Assembly: GCF_001194135.2 (NCBI RefSeq)
Contig: NC_069001.1
Location: 32,768,217 to 32,803,532, forward strand
DNA length: 35,316 nucleotides
Reading direction: 5' to 3'
Origin: Octopus bimaculoides
Lineage: Eukaryota
Every line of letters starts with the position of its first letter. Position 1 is the first letter of the stretch. Shown here in pieces: positions 33,093-35,316 of the stretch. The translations under genes were made by a program, and so were the position numbers. A model generated the notes under the pieces. That model saw only the letters and a list, made by a program, of their open reading frames with translations, ran no database searches and was not told the DNA's origin.

Positions 33093-33889
33093 AGTAATTT
33101 TCATTCTGCTTCTTTTAGTGTTCTGTCAACTTCATAGAGTTCTTGCAGATAAATATCTAAATATCCTGAATAAAAGGTGAAAGCATCACCTGGTCACCTT
33201 AACCAAGATGTAAGAATCTGAAGACATGGCGATCAAATTAATCTTCTTAAAGGAATAAAAAGACTGTTGAGTTCATCTTTATCATGAATGTAATAAGCCA
33301 ATTTTGTAGTTCTATAGAAGTTTCTGTTTTCTTGGATTTGAGAAGTACTGGAAAATAATACTTAAAGAAAGAAATGAGAAAAACTAAAATTTATTTTGAA
33401 AAACATCACTGAAATGTGCAAGAAAATAAGTAAAAATTAGGCTAAAAGAAAATTCTGGAAAAGATCTACATACATATATACATACATATGTACGTATTAC
33501 ATACATACATACATTCTGTTGTTTGGAAAATGGTTATAATCCAGGCTGTGTCCCCATGAAACACATCGGCATACTCCAGAACTTCAAAGTATATTTGTAG
33601 ATATTATTTTCAACTCTCATATAAAACATGAGTCTTGAAAATACTGGAGAATATTGTAAAATATTGGAAGATACTTATTGTAATTACATATTAAAACAGA
33701 AAATGGAAATAATTCAGACCAGTAATTTAATTTTAATTCTGTCTGTCTCTCTCTGTATATATACACACATATATAAAGATACCCCCCCCCCCCACGTGTG
33801 TGTGTATTTATGTAGATGTGAGTATGTGCGTGAATATATATGTCACATTGATATTTGGCAAGTATATAACTAGAATATTTATTTCAGTG

Positions 33890-35000
33890 TATATATACCG
33901 CGAATAGTTGAGTGAACACACACACTCGCCGGTCGGGCTTATTTAAATAGTTTGAATTCGCCACCACTGGCGAAAATTCCAAGTAACATTCAGCGAATAA
34001 AAATGAATAAATTGTATATTAAACTACAAAGATATATTTAGTCATACATTTTGCAAATATTTATTGTTTTAATGTGTTTAGATTTTAAAACGCTAATTTT
34101 TTTTAACTAATTATATAAATATATATCATAAATATTTTTGTTTGTATGTAGATCTATCTATCTATCTGTTATATACATATATTTATATACACTCACACAC
34201 ACACACATATATATATATATATACGCATATATATATATATATACGCATATATATATATACACACATATGTATACAGTTTATAAAGACACATACACAAACA
34301 GAGGGACGCACACACCTACAAACATATACACAAATACATACATAAAGATGTGTGTGTGTGTGTGCGCGTGCATAGTATATGTGTGTGCTAGCGCTCGTAC
34401 ATGTAAGTGTATGGTAACATCAACCTAGCGAGGCAGGGAACCGTCGCTGGCATTCGGCAGTTGTCGTTTTTTTCCGTCATAGGTCTGACATAAACAACTT
34501 AAAGCCATTTCCGGCGAAACGAGACTGAACTGTTGGAACATTTAAAAAAAAAGAAATTATTTTCAGAGATGGCTCGTAAAAATTCTCAGAAAACAGGTAT
34601 GGGCTTTTGATTTCTCACCATCTCAATGCAATATATCGCGCGCAAACATTATTTTAACCTACGATGCTAGTTTTATGGCCGATTACAAGAGGCAATGTGC
34701 ATCTGTCAACTATTAATCCATAACACGGCCGTCTCAGGCTCTTGTGCAATTGTCAGATATTTATCCCCCTCTGTAATAATAATGGTAATAACCATCAAGT
34801 ATTGGTTATAGATTCGACTCTCAACTCGATCGGGGTAGTTCTTTATCTTATTTCTTTTATCTTTTCTTTTCTCTCTTTTTTCTTCTTTTTCTCTTGAAAT
34901 CCTTGTCTGCGTGCAGAGACCGCCCGCTCCACTGGTGCTGCTGCTGTCTTTACTGTCTTAAAGTTTTTCTACGGTGCTCTACGACCATACCACGTCACAC
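33890..35000. promoter_or_regulatory. CpG-enriched, SINE-free region; candidate promoter/5' end of a gene
   Basis: Visible rise in CpG (ccgcg, tcgccggtcggg, atcgcgcgc, ccggcgaaacg) relative to the CpG-poor, repeat-rich sequence to the left. Confidence 0.45.
34569..34596 (+). CDS. Candidate first coding exon (MARKNSQKT…)
   Basis: gagATGG start context, 9 codons + G, donor CAG|gtatgg, inside the CpG-rich region. No homology recognised. Confidence 0.25.
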
Positions 35001-35045
35001 TTTATCTACATGCACACACACACACACAAATACACACACAGATAA

Positions 35046-35078
<33 letters not shown>

Positions 35079-35169
35079 CACAGGCTCATGTGTGCGTGGT
35101 ATCTGCACAAACACAGATTACATATATGTGTCTATATATAGGTATGTGTGTGTGTTTATGAATGTGTAA

Positions 35170-35214
35170 ATATGCATACATAGATGTGTGTGTATATGTA
35201 TAATAATGTGTGTT

Positions 35215-35271
<57 letters not shown>

Positions 35272-35316
35272 TGTGTGTATGTATATATGTGTACGTATAT
35301 ATATATATATATATAT
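35170..35316. repeat. (TG)n/(TA)n microsatellite
   Basis: Direct inspection. Confidence 0.95.

Noticed and set aside
34569-34596. Histone H3-like start (MAR…)
   Set aside because: MARKNSQKT does not match MARTKQTARK and is followed by a splice donor

Overview
AT-rich, repeat-saturated eukaryotic DNA from a draft assembly with six N gaps. The repeat families look octopus-like (coleoid cephalopod); this is inferred from recalled repeat sequences, not from a search. There is no intact long ORF, and nearly all ORF-track entries are microsatellite or N-gap read-through. Most of the window is tRNA-derived SINEs of at least four families, LINE fragments (RTE, CR1-like, Tx1/L1-like, possibly Penelope), a rearranged mariner remnant, a MITE-like foldback, minisatellites and microsatellites. 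The most notable signals: (1) a spliceable plus-strand exon encoding an SH2-type WFHGK/ISRK motif, with a 1-nt frameshift next to a gap; (2) three degenerate minimal type I hammerhead-ribozyme-like motifs of the kind associated with Penelope-like elements; (3) a young Tx1-like LINE embedded in a (TATC)n tract; (4) two TSD-flanked insertions of one 3' tail type into the head of the same SINE family; (5) a CR1-like LINE end sharing its 3' tail with the commonest SINE; (6) a CpG-rich, promoter-like region at the right end with candidate first exons. No previously undescribed multi-gene system can be supported from this sequence.
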